64,000 bases of DNA from Gemmobacter sp. (lineage in GTDB: Bacteria; Pseudomonadota; Alphaproteobacteria; Rhodobacterales; Rhodobacteraceae), in the NCBI GenBank assembly GCA_034519525.1, contig JAXHOJ010000018.1, positions 48 to 64,047 of the forward strand. The letters run 5' to 3'. Of the stretch, positions 20,133 through 28,069 are shown piece by piece. The position numbers were made by a program, and so were the translations under genes. The notes under the pieces are model-generated. The model was given only the letters and a program-made list of their open reading frames with translations, made no database searches and had not been told where the DNA came from. Position 1 is the first letter of the stretch. Every line of letters starts with the position of its first letter.

Positions 20133-20510
20133 TCAAAGGCGCGGTGGCGCGCGGGCCTCGATCTGGCCGGGGGCCCGGCCCGGATGCGGGGCGGGTGCGG
20201 GCGCCACAACGGCGGATGCGATGCGGGCAGACAGCGGCGGGGCGCAGCTGGACGGGCCGCGCGGCGGCAGGCCCGATGCCAGCGGCAGGCAGGCGGCACA
20301 TTCGGCACGGCCTGCGCCGCCGCCTTCGCCACAGAGCCAGCCGGCATCGCCATAAAGGCTTGAAATTTCGGCTATTTCAGGGGGTTCTGGCTTTGCCAGC
20401 CGATGCGCATAACCCGCCGTTGCCAGGGCAAGTGCCAAGATCAGCGTCGGGGCCAGCGCCGGGGCAAGCGTCGGAACCAGCCGGAGGATATGTTTGCACA
20501 GCCGCATCAT
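20133..20510 (-). CDS. Second DUF2946-like leader protein with CxxC and C-terminal RAPP
   Basis: Hydrophobic stretch ending GYAHR, LC...CAAC, ends IEARAPPRL*; 154 nt upstream of PCuAC on the same strand. Confidence 0.7.
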   Translation of the reverse strand: MMRLCKHILRLVPTLAPALAPTLILALALATAGYAHRLAKPEPPEIAEISSLYGDAGWLCGEGGGAGRAECAACLPLASGLPPRGPSSCAPPLSARIASAVVAPAPAPHPGRAPGQIEARAPPRL

Positions 20511-20548
20511 GCCCCCTGATTGCCCGTTCAGGCGGCGTCACGCAACGG

Positions 20549-22078
20549 TCAAACAACCGCACCGGCATGAAGCCGCCGCAGCAGCGCCCCGGCCTCGTCC
20601 AGCACGGTGGCGCGATGATCGGCGGCCATCTTGTCCCATGTGCGATACATCGGGGCCATGCGCGGGTTGGCGGCGAACCTGTCGCGGTGGCGATCCAGAA
20701 AGTGCCAGTACAGCAGGTTGAACGGACAGGCGCGCGGCCCGGTGCGATCCTTCACCCGGTAGGCGCAGCTGCCGCAGTGATCCGACATCCGCGCGATATA
20801 GGCCCCCGAGGACACATAGGGTTTGGAGGCCACCACGCCGCCATCGGCAAACTGGCTCATCCCGGCGGTATTGGGCGCCTCGACCCATTCGAAGGCATCG
20901 ACATAGACCGCCAGATACCATTCCTGCACCGCCGCCGGATCGACGCCGGCCAGCAGCGCGAAATTGCCGGTGATCATCAGCCGCTGGATGTGATGGGCAT
21001 AGGCCATGTCGCGCGTCTGGGTGACGGCTGCGCGCAGGCAGGCCATCTGCGTGGGGCCCCCCCAATAGGCGGCGGGCAGCGGTGCGGTATGGTTCAGCGC
21101 GTTGCGCGCGGTATAGCCCGGCCCTTCCAGAAAGTAGATGCCGCGCACATATTCGCGCCAGCCGATGATCTGGCGGATGAAGCCTTCGACCGCGTTCAGC
21201 GGCGCATGGCCCTGCAGGTAGCGGGCTTCGGCGCCCTGGCACACCTCCAGCGGCGACAGCAGGCCGATGTTCAGATAGGGCGACAGCAGCGAATGGCTGA
21301 GCGCCGGGTCGCCCTCCAGCATGGCATCCTGTTCATCGCCAAAACGCGGCAGGCTTTGGGTCAGGAAATGGTGCAGCGCCTGCAGGGCCCCCGCGCGATC
21401 GGTGGCCCAGCCAAAGGGGCGCAGGCGGCCGAAATGGGTGGGAAAGCGCGCCGCGACCAGATCCAGCACCGCCTCGGTTTCGGCATCGGGGGCAAAGCGC
21501 AGGGGTTTGGGGCGCAAAAGGTCAGGCGCAGCGGGTTTGCGGTTTTCGGGATCGAAGTTCCACTGGCCACCTGTGGGCTTGTCCCCCTCCATCAGCAGGC
21601 CGGTCTTGCGGCGCATGTCGCGGTAGAACCATTCCATCCGAAGCTGTTTGCGATCCTTGGCCCAGGCGGCAAATTCGGCATCGGAACAGAGGAAACGATC
21701 ATCGGGCAGCAGCGTCACCGGCAGCGGCAGCGCCTCCAGTGCCGCGATCAGCCGCCATTCGCCGGGGCGGGTGGCGATCACCTGCCTCGCCCCGGTTTCC
21801 GCCGCACGGCGCAGCAGTTCCGCCGGGATCGACGGCCCGGTTTCGGGATCATCCAGCCGGGAATACAGCACACGCCAGCCCGCCGCGCGCAGTTCGGCCG
21901 CGAATTTGCGCATCGCCGACAGGATCAGCGCGATCTTCTGCGGGTGATGCGGCACATAGCTGCCCTCGGCCATCACCTCGGCCATCACCACGATATCGCG
22001 GGCCGGATCGGCGGCACGCAGGGCGGCGATGCCATGGGTCAGCTGATCGCCCAGGATCAGGATCAGGCGCGGGGTCAT
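20549..22078 (-). CDS. FeS-BCP cryptochrome/(6-4) photolyase (CryB/PhrB type)
   Basis: LILGDQL, HHPQKI, GGQWNFD, EGFIRQIIGWREY, HHIQRLM, KPYVSSGAYI..MSDHCGSC...ACPF (FeS cysteines). Confidence 0.92.
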   Translation of the reverse strand: MTPRLILILGDQLTHGIAALRAADPARDIVVMAEVMAEGSYVPHHPQKIALILSAMRKFAAELRAAGWRVLYSRLDDPETGPSIPAELLRRAAETGARQVIATRPGEWRLIAALEALPLPVTLLPDDRFLCSDAEFAAWAKDRKQLRMEWFYRDMRRKTGLLMEGDKPTGGQWNFDPENRKPAAPDLLRPKPLRFAPDAETEAVLDLVAARFPTHFGRLRPFGWATDRAGALQALHHFLTQSLPRFGDEQDAMLEGDPALSHSLLSPYLNIGLLSPLEVCQGAEARYLQGHAPLNAVEGFIRQIIGWREYVRGIYFLEGPGYTARNALNHTAPLPAAYWGGPTQMACLRAAVTQTRDMAYAHHIQRLMITGNFALLAGVDPAAVQEWYLAVYVDAFEWVEAPNTAGMSQFADGGVVASKPYVSSGAYIARMSDHCGSCAYRVKDRTGPRACPFNLLYWHFLDRHRDRFAANPRMAPMYRTWDKMAADHRATVLDEAGALLRRLHAGAVV

Positions 22079-22114
22079 CGGATGGCCTTTGTGGGCGTTG
22101 ACTGGCGGGGGCGC

Positions 22115-22463
22115 ACCCCCTCCCCAACCCTCCCCCTGGCAGGGGGAGGGGGTTGCGGCGCGCGGTCTGAGAGGCCGCATACCCGAGCCTGTTGGACAGG
22201 CCCCCCCCCCCCGCCAGCGGTAGAGAACCGCATCGCCCGGCCTGACACGCCACGTCCCCCAAGCGGCGCGGCAGGCTCCCTCCCCCTGTCAGGGGGAAGG
22301 GGTTGCGTCGTCCGGTTTGCGAGGCCGCATACCCGAGCCTGTCGGACAGGCCCCCACCCCCCGCCAGCGGGAGAGAACCGCATCGCCCGGCCTGACACGC
22401 CACGTACCCCAAGCGGCGCGACAGCCCCCCTCCCCCTGCCAGGGGGAGGGTTGGGGAGGGGGT
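22115..22463. repeat. REP-doublet/MITE-like element: perfect 38-bp terminal inverted repeats around four 75-bp tandem units (ABAB)
   Basis: ACCCCCTCCCCAACCCTCCCCCTGGCAGGGGGAGGGGG (22115-22152) is the exact reverse complement of 22426-22463; core palindromes recur at a 150-bp period (22128, 22278, 22428). Confidence 0.88.
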
Positions 22464-22478
22464 CACGACCAGAGCCCC

Positions 22479-23138
22479 TCACCACGGCACCTCATGGCCC
22501 TGCCAGTCGAAGAACCTGCCGGTCTGTTGCGGCGTCAGCCGCTCCAGCACTGCGGCCAGGTTCTGGGCGGCGGTTTCCGGCGGCACGGTGGGATGCTGTG
22601 CCTGATATTTCTGGGTGAAGGTTGTGGCCACCGTGCCCGGATGCAGGCAGACCACGACCGCGCGCGGATGGCTGCGCGCAATCTCGATGGCGGCGGTGTG
22701 GATCAGCTGGTTCAGCGCGGCCTTGGCGGCCCTGTAGGCATACCAGCCGCCCAGCCGGTTGTCGCCGATGCTGCCCACCCGCGCCGACAGCGCGGCAAAG
22801 CGGCAATCGGCATCGCGCGGCATCAGCCGCAGCGCATGTTTCAGCACCAGCGCCGGGCCGGTGGCATTGAGCGCGAAATGCCGCGCCAGCGCCTCGGGGT
22901 TCAGCGCCTTCAGCGTTTTTTCGGGCGGCTGGCCGCCGATTTCCAGCGCGCCGGTGGCAACAATGATGCGGTGAAACGGCGGTTCCAGCCGGGCCAGCGC
23001 GCGGGCGATGCTGGCTTCGTCGGTAACATCCAGCCCGTCCTTGCGGCGCGACAGGCCCACCACCTCGGCCCGCGTGGCCATCTCTGCCGCCAGCGCCGCC
23101 CCGATGCCGCCCGATGATCCGATGATGAGTGCGCGCAT
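22479..23138 (-). CDS. Short-chain dehydrogenase (CsgA/C-factor-like)
   Basis: IIGSSGGIG, LSARVGSIGDN..GGWYAYRAAKAALN, LHPGTV. Confidence 0.9.
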   Translation of the reverse strand: MRALIIGSSGGIGAALAAEMATRAEVVGLSRRKDGLDVTDEASIARALARLEPPFHRIIVATGALEIGGQPPEKTLKALNPEALARHFALNATGPALVLKHALRLMPRDADCRFAALSARVGSIGDNRLGGWYAYRAAKAALNQLIHTAAIEIARSHPRAVVVCLHPGTVATTFTQKYQAQHPTVPPETAAQNLAAVLERLTPQQTGRFFDWQGHEVPW

Positions 23139-23183
23139 GTTTCCCCCTGTCAGGCCGGGGAGGTAGGTGGCCACCTGCTCCGG

Positions 23184-23582
23184 TCAAGCGGAAGTAGCCG
23201 TTGGCCGGGCAAACAGGTGTGGCAAAAGGGCAAAGCCGATCTGTGCAGCAAGGCCGATCTGATGCGGCAGTTCGGCGTATAGCGCGAAATGTGCCCCCAA
23301 GCTGCGCCCCGCCAGCAACGACAGCCCGGCCTCGGCCAGCAGAAGCAGCGTCAGCGCCGTAACCCCCATGACGCCCGCAAACCCGTGCCCGATGGCCTGC
23401 CCGCGCAGAAGCCAGCGGCAGACCGCTGCCGAAGCCGCCAGCATCAGCGGGATTTCAGCGGCCACGGCCCAGATCGCACCAAGTTGGGGCGCCACATACA
23501 GCACCCGCACCACACCAAAGGCAAACCCTATGGCAAAGACGGCACCGAAATAGGCAAGCCCCAGAACGAAAGCACGCGCCAT
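23184..23582 (-). CDS. Hypothetical membrane protein
   Basis: About 4 hydrophobic segments; YFGAVFAIGFAFGVVR...EIPLML. Confidence 0.7.
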   Translation of the reverse strand: MARAFVLGLAYFGAVFAIGFAFGVVRVLYVAPQLGAIWAVAAEIPLMLAASAAVCRWLLRGQAIGHGFAGVMGVTALTLLLLAEAGLSLLAGRSLGAHFALYAELPHQIGLAAQIGFALLPHLFARPTATSA

Positions 23583-23698
23583 GATTTCCCCCTTCCCGTT
23601 CAGCTGAAACAGGATCGCAGATCTGCCCGAAATGGGCTGCGGCAATTTTTCTGCAGCCCCCCTTCCCTTTCGCGCAACCCCCGTTATAGTCCGGCCCC

Positions 23699-23782
23699 AT
23701 GAACACGGGTTTCCATATCGCTTGCTGCGCGCCGCTGCGTGCCACCGCCACCCGTGGCCTGCTTCTCCTTAGCTGCCTCTGA
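23699..23782 (+). promoter_or_regulatory. leuA leader peptide (MNTGFHIACCAPLRATATRGLLLLSCL*)
   Basis: 27-codon uORF with CTG CTT CTC CTT Leu run, 77 nt upstream of leuA; TATAGT -10-like box at 23685-23690. Confidence 0.8.
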
Positions 23783-23859
23783 GCGTGCCTTCGGGTGCGA
23801 CCGCTCGGAGGTGACCAGCGCCCAGAGGACCGAAGCATCAGAGACCAAGGATTTCCGAC

Positions 23860-25440
23860 ATGACCACCGATACCAGCGCCCAGCCGCGCGTCGTGATTTT
23901 TGACACCACCCTGCGTGATGGCGAACAATCGCCCGGCGCCACCATGACCCATGACGAAAAGCTGGAGATCGCCTCTCTGCTGGACGAAATGGGGGTGGAT
24001 GTCATCGAGGCGGGCTTTCCCATCGCCAGCGAGGGCGATTTCGCCGCCGTATCCGAGATCGCGAAACGGGCGAAGAACAGCACCATCTGCGGGCTGAGCC
24101 GCGCGAATTTCAAGGATATCGACCGCTGCTGGGAGGCGGTGCGCTTTGCCGCCAGCCCGCGCATCCACACCTTCATCGGCACCTCGCCGCTGCACCGCGC
24201 CATCCCGAACCTGACGATGGATGAAATGGCGCAGCGCATCCATGATACGGTCAGCCATGCCCGCAACCTGTGCGACAATGTGCAATGGTCGGCCATGGAT
24301 GCCACGCGGACCGAACATGATTACCTGTGCCGCGTGGTGGAAATCGCCATCAAGGCGGGCGCAACCACGATCAATATCCCCGATACGGTGGGATACACGG
24401 CGCCGCGCGAAAGCGCCGATCTGATCCGCATGTTGCTGGAGCGGGTGCCGGGTGCGGATGAGGTGATCTTTTCCACCCATTGCCATAATGACCTGGGCAT
24501 GGCGACGGCCAACAGCCTGGCGGCGGTGGAGGCAGGGGCGCGGCAGATCGAATGTACGATCAACGGTCTGGGCGAGCGGGCGGGCAATGCCGCGCTGGAA
24601 GAGGTGGTGATGGCGATGAAGGTCAGAAATGACATCATGCCCTATCGCACGGCGATTGATACCACCAAGATCATGAACCTGTCGCGCCGGGTGTCCACCG
24701 TTTCGGGCTTTGCCGTGCAGTTCAACAAGGCCATCGTCGGCAAGAACGCCTTTCTGCATGAAAGCGGCATCCATCAGGATGGCGTGCTGAAGAACGTCGA
24801 AACCTTTGAAATCATGCGCCCCGAGGATATCGGGCTGGTGGCGAAGAACATCGCCATGGGCAAACATTCGGGCCGCGCCGCGCTGCGTGCCAAGATGAAG
24901 GAACTGGGCGTCGATCTGGCCGACAACCAGCTGAACGATCTGTTCGTGCGGTTCAAGGCCCTGGCTGACCGCAAGAAAGAGGTCTATGACGACGATCTGC
25001 TGGCGCTGGCCAAGGACAGCGACACCCATGAGGCGCATGACACCATTCAGGTGAAACGCCTGCGGGTGATCTGCGGCACCGATGGCCCGCAGGAAGCCGA
25101 GCTGACGCTGACCATCGACGGCGTGGATCACAGCATTGATGCCACCGGCGACGGGCCGGTGGATGCGGCATTCAACTGCGTCAAGATGCTCTATCCCCAT
25201 GGCGCGCGGCTGCAGCTGTATCAGGTGGCCGCCGTGACCGAAGGCACCGATGCGCAGGCCACTGTCTCGGTCCGGATCGAGGAAGAGGGCCGCATCGCCA
25301 CCGGCCAGTCGGCCGATACCGATACCATCGTGGCCAGCGTGAAGGCCTATGTGAATGCGCTGAACCGGCTGATCGAACGGCGCAAGAAATCAGCGCCGGG
25401 CGATGATGTGAAATCGGTGAAATATTCCGACGCGTCGTAA
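23860..25440 (+). CDS. leuA: 2-isopropylmalate synthase
   Basis: IFDTTLRDGEQSPG, HCHNDLG, NGLGERAGNA, HESGIHQDG, GKHSGR. Confidence 0.97.
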   Translation: MTTDTSAQPRVVIFDTTLRDGEQSPGATMTHDEKLEIASLLDEMGVDVIEAGFPIASEGDFAAVSEIAKRAKNSTICGLSRANFKDIDRCWEAVRFAASPRIHTFIGTSPLHRAIPNLTMDEMAQRIHDTVSHARNLCDNVQWSAMDATRTEHDYLCRVVEIAIKAGATTINIPDTVGYTAPRESADLIRMLLERVPGADEVIFSTHCHNDLGMATANSLAAVEAGARQIECTINGLGERAGNAALEEVVMAMKVRNDIMPYRTAIDTTKIMNLSRRVSTVSGFAVQFNKAIVGKNAFLHESGIHQDGVLKNVETFEIMRPEDIGLVAKNIAMGKHSGRAALRAKMKELGVDLADNQLNDLFVRFKALADRKKEVYDDDLLALAKDSDTHEAHDTIQVKRLRVICGTDGPQEAELTLTIDGVDHSIDATGDGPVDAAFNCVKMLYPHGARLQLYQVAAVTEGTDAQATVSVRIEEEGRIATGQSADTDTIVASVKAYVNALNRLIERRKKSAPGDDVKSVKYSDAS

Positions 25441-25456
25441 TGGGTTGAACCAAAAG

Positions 25457-25494
25457 GAAATGCCGGGGCGCCCTGCCCCGGCATTTCTGTTTTT
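25457..25494 (+). terminator. Intrinsic terminator after leuA (possibly bidirectional)
   Basis: GAAATGCCGGGGC-gccct-GCCCCGGCATTTC followed by TGTTTTT; AAAA run on the other side. Confidence 0.8.
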
Positions 25495-25522
25495 GGCGCC
25501 CCGCCGGCCCGACGCCAGCGCC

Positions 25523-25780
25523 CTAGCGATTGTCCAGCTGGGCGCGCACTGACAGGCGGCCCTGCCGGGTGATGCGATAGGGGGCGCCGCCCTCTGACCC
25601 GATCAGCCGCTTGCGCCGCAGTTTCTGGAACACGGCAAGCGTGCAATCGGACAGGATCAGCCCGTCGCGGGTAAGGCAGAGCACCTCTTCGATACGGCGG
25701 CCCGCGCCGCGTTCATGCAGGATACGGCCGCCCTGGGCCAGAGTGTGAAGAACCCGCTGTTCGGGTTTCGAGATATTCAT
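25523..25780 (-). CDS. YjhX/TopAI family (UPF0386) toxin-like protein
   Basis: [20 protein letters not shown]...CLTRDG...[20 protein letters not shown]...VRAQLDNR. Confidence 0.88.
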   Translation of the reverse strand: MNISKPEQRVLHTLAQGGRILHERGAGRRIEEVLCLTRDGLILSDCTLAVFQKLRRKRLIGSEGGAPYRITRQGRLSVRAQLDNR

Positions 25781-25870
25781 GAAAGATGCCTGTGACATGC
25801 GCAACCACAGACAGGCCCGCCAGATCCCTGGCCACACCTGCCGGTTTCGCCCCTCTTTTCCCCGAGGGGC

Positions 25871-25897
25871 TCAGAGGTTGCCCACAGTCTCTGACAT
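25871..25897 (-). promoter_or_regulatory. Putative 8-codon leader peptide MSETVGNL upstream of the yjhX-like gene
   Basis: GGAG-cgttg-ATG TCA GAG ACT GTG GGC AAC CTC TGA, immediately followed by hairpin GCCCCTC-ggggaaaa-GAGGGGC. Confidence 0.6.
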
Positions 25898-25957
25898 CAA
25901 CGCTCCATCACTGGCGCCACACGCGCAGGGCCAATTTAGCCACAGGGCAGCGGCGGT

Positions 25958-26884
25958 TCAATAGCCCCGTCTGCGATCCACCAGATGCAGCAGCGGCTGG
26001 CCCGCCTCACCGCGGCGGATGTTTTCGGCCACCACGCGGGCCGCACTGCTGGCCCGGGTATCGGCGGCGATATGCGGGGTGACGGTGACGCGGGGGTGAT
26101 GGCGGAACGGGTGATCTTCGGGCAACGGCTCTGTCCGGAACACATCCAGCGTGGCATGGCCCAGATGCCCCGAATCCAGCGCCGCCAGCAGCGCCGCGTC
26201 ATCAATCAGCGCGCCGCGCCCCGGGTTGATGAGAACGGCGCCCTGCGGCAGCCAGCCCAGCCTGCGCGCATCCAGCAGGTTTTCGGTATCTGCCGTGCGT
26301 GGCAGCAGCGTCACCACGATCTCGGCCCGGCCCAGCAGCGCCTGCAGCCCGGCCTCGCCATGATGCGCCGGAAAGCCCAGATCTGGCTTCTGGCCGCGGC
26401 TCCAGCCCTCTACCGCGAAATTCAGCGCCTTCAGCGCGCGGGCGCAGGCCAGCCCCAGCTCGCCCAGCCCCAGCACGGCCACCCGCCGTTCGCGCGCCAG
26501 CGGCGGCACGATCTGATCCCAGCCCGGCGCGCCATGGATGAACCGATCCATCCCCAGATGATGGCGCAGCACATGGCCCACCACATATTCCACCATGCCT
26601 TCGGTCAGCCCCGGGTCCACCATGCGGCACAAAGGCTGCGTCAGCGTGGCATTGCCGACGATGCGTTCGACCCCCGCCCAGAGGTTCAGCACCGCCTTGC
26701 AGCGGCCATAGGGGGTGAAGTCCTGCAACGGGCTGCCCGGCGCATAGATGATGTAATCCACATCCTCCGGCGCGGCTTCGGTGACCAGATCAAGCGCGAT
26801 CCCGGCCTCGGCAAATGCGGCGCGCAGATGCGGCGCATATTCGGGCCAGAGCGCGGCCCCGGCGGCAAAAAGAACGGTTCCCAT
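25958..26884 (-). CDS. ghrA: Glyoxylate/hydroxypyruvate reductase A-like 2-hydroxyacid dehydrogenase
   Basis: WAGVE, LGLGELG, LINPGRG, ATLDVFRTEPLP, TPHIAA. Confidence 0.85.
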   Translation of the reverse strand: MGTVLFAAGAALWPEYAPHLRAAFAEAGIALDLVTEAAPEDVDYIIYAPGSPLQDFTPYGRCKAVLNLWAGVERIVGNATLTQPLCRMVDPGLTEGMVEYVVGHVLRHHLGMDRFIHGAPGWDQIVPPLARERRVAVLGLGELGLACARALKALNFAVEGWSRGQKPDLGFPAHHGEAGLQALLGRAEIVVTLLPRTADTENLLDARRLGWLPQGAVLINPGRGALIDDAALLAALDSGHLGHATLDVFRTEPLPEDHPFRHHPRVTVTPHIAADTRASSAARVVAENIRRGEAGQPLLHLVDRRRGY

Positions 26885-26922
26885 CTTCCTCTTGGTCCAA
26901 ATACCCAAATGCGCCCGCGCCG

Positions 26923-28062
26923 TCAGCGCGGCCGGTGGACATGGGCGCTTTGCACCAGCCCGAACCCCACCAGCAGCACCAGCATGGCCGACCCGCCGTA
27001 AGACAGCAAGGGCAAGGGCACCCCTACCACCGGCGCCATGCCCATCACCATCGACAGGTTCACCGCGATGTAGAAGAACAGGTTGGCGGCAATCCCGAGG
27101 ATCAGCAGCTGCGAATAGCGGTCACGGTTCTGCAGCGCCGACACCACGCAGAAGGCGATGATGAGCCCGTACAGCGACAGCAGCGAAAACGCGCCGATAA
27201 AGCCGAATTCCTCGGCCAGTGTGGTAAAGATGAAATCGGTATGCTTTTCGGGCAGGAAGTTCAGGCGGCTTTGCGTGCCCTGCATGAAGCCCTTGCCGGC
27301 CCAGCCCCCCGACCCCAGCGCGATCTGCGCCTGGATGATGTTGTAGCCCGCGCCCAGCGGATCGGCCGTCGGATCGAGAAAGGTGTCGATGCGGCGATAC
27401 TGGTAATCATGCAGGAACTGCCAGGGCGTACCGCGGAAATGGAAGACGCCGAACACCGCCCCCCCCGCCAATGATGCCACACCCGCGAAATACCACCAGC
27501 TGACGCCCGCGCAGAACATCACCGCCGCGCCGGCCAGCAGCAGCATGATCGACGTGCCGAGGTTGGGCTGCATCAGCACCAGAACCGTGGGGATCACCGT
27601 CAGCAGCACCGGGATCAGCACCCACAGCGGGCGCGAGGTCTTCTTGACATCCAGCCAGTCGTAATAGGCGGCCAGCATCATCACCAATGCGAATTTCATC
27701 ATCTCGGACGGCTGGATGACGATCGGGCCAAGCTCGATCCAGCGTTGCGCCCCCATGCCGACCCGGCCGAAGAATTCGACCAGCAGCAGCAGCGACACGG
27801 ACATCAGATAGGCCAGCACCGACATGTTGCGCCAGAACCAGATTGGGGTGAAGGCCACCACCATCATCAGCGCCATGCCGACGCCAAAGCGTTTCATCTG
27901 CGGTTCGGCCCAAGTGTCGATCTTGCCGCCCGCCACGGAATAGAGCATCAGAAAACCGACCGAGGCCACGGCGGAAATCAGCAGCACCAGCGGCCAGTTC
28001 AGATGCAGCACCTTGCGCAGCCCAGCGGGCGCGGTCTTGATGCGGTATTCCAGAAAGCTCAT
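26923..28062 (-). CDS. rodA: Rod shape-determining SEDS protein RodA
   Basis: GAQRWI, QPSEMMK, QPNLGT, FLPEKHTDFIF, SYGGS; follows mrdA. Confidence 0.95.
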   Translation of the reverse strand: MSFLEYRIKTAPAGLRKVLHLNWPLVLLISAVASVGFLMLYSVAGGKIDTWAEPQMKRFGVGMALMMVVAFTPIWFWRNMSVLAYLMSVSLLLLVEFFGRVGMGAQRWIELGPIVIQPSEMMKFALVMMLAAYYDWLDVKKTSRPLWVLIPVLLTVIPTVLVLMQPNLGTSIMLLLAGAAVMFCAGVSWWYFAGVASLAGGAVFGVFHFRGTPWQFLHDYQYRRIDTFLDPTADPLGAGYNIIQAQIALGSGGWAGKGFMQGTQSRLNFLPEKHTDFIFTTLAEEFGFIGAFSLLSLYGLIIAFCVVSALQNRDRYSQLLILGIAANLFFYIAVNLSMVMGMAPVVGVPLPLLSYGGSAMLVLLVGFGLVQSAHVHRPR

Positions 28063-28069
28063 GCTGGCC

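Noticed and set aside
22115-22463. CRISPR array
   Set aside because: The segments between palindromes are themselves repeats (ABAB) rather than unique spacers, and no cas genes are present
21849-22466. 205-aa repeat protein (LPLAGGGG...)
   Set aside because: It is a reading of the DNA repeat element and overlaps the photolyase gene in another frame
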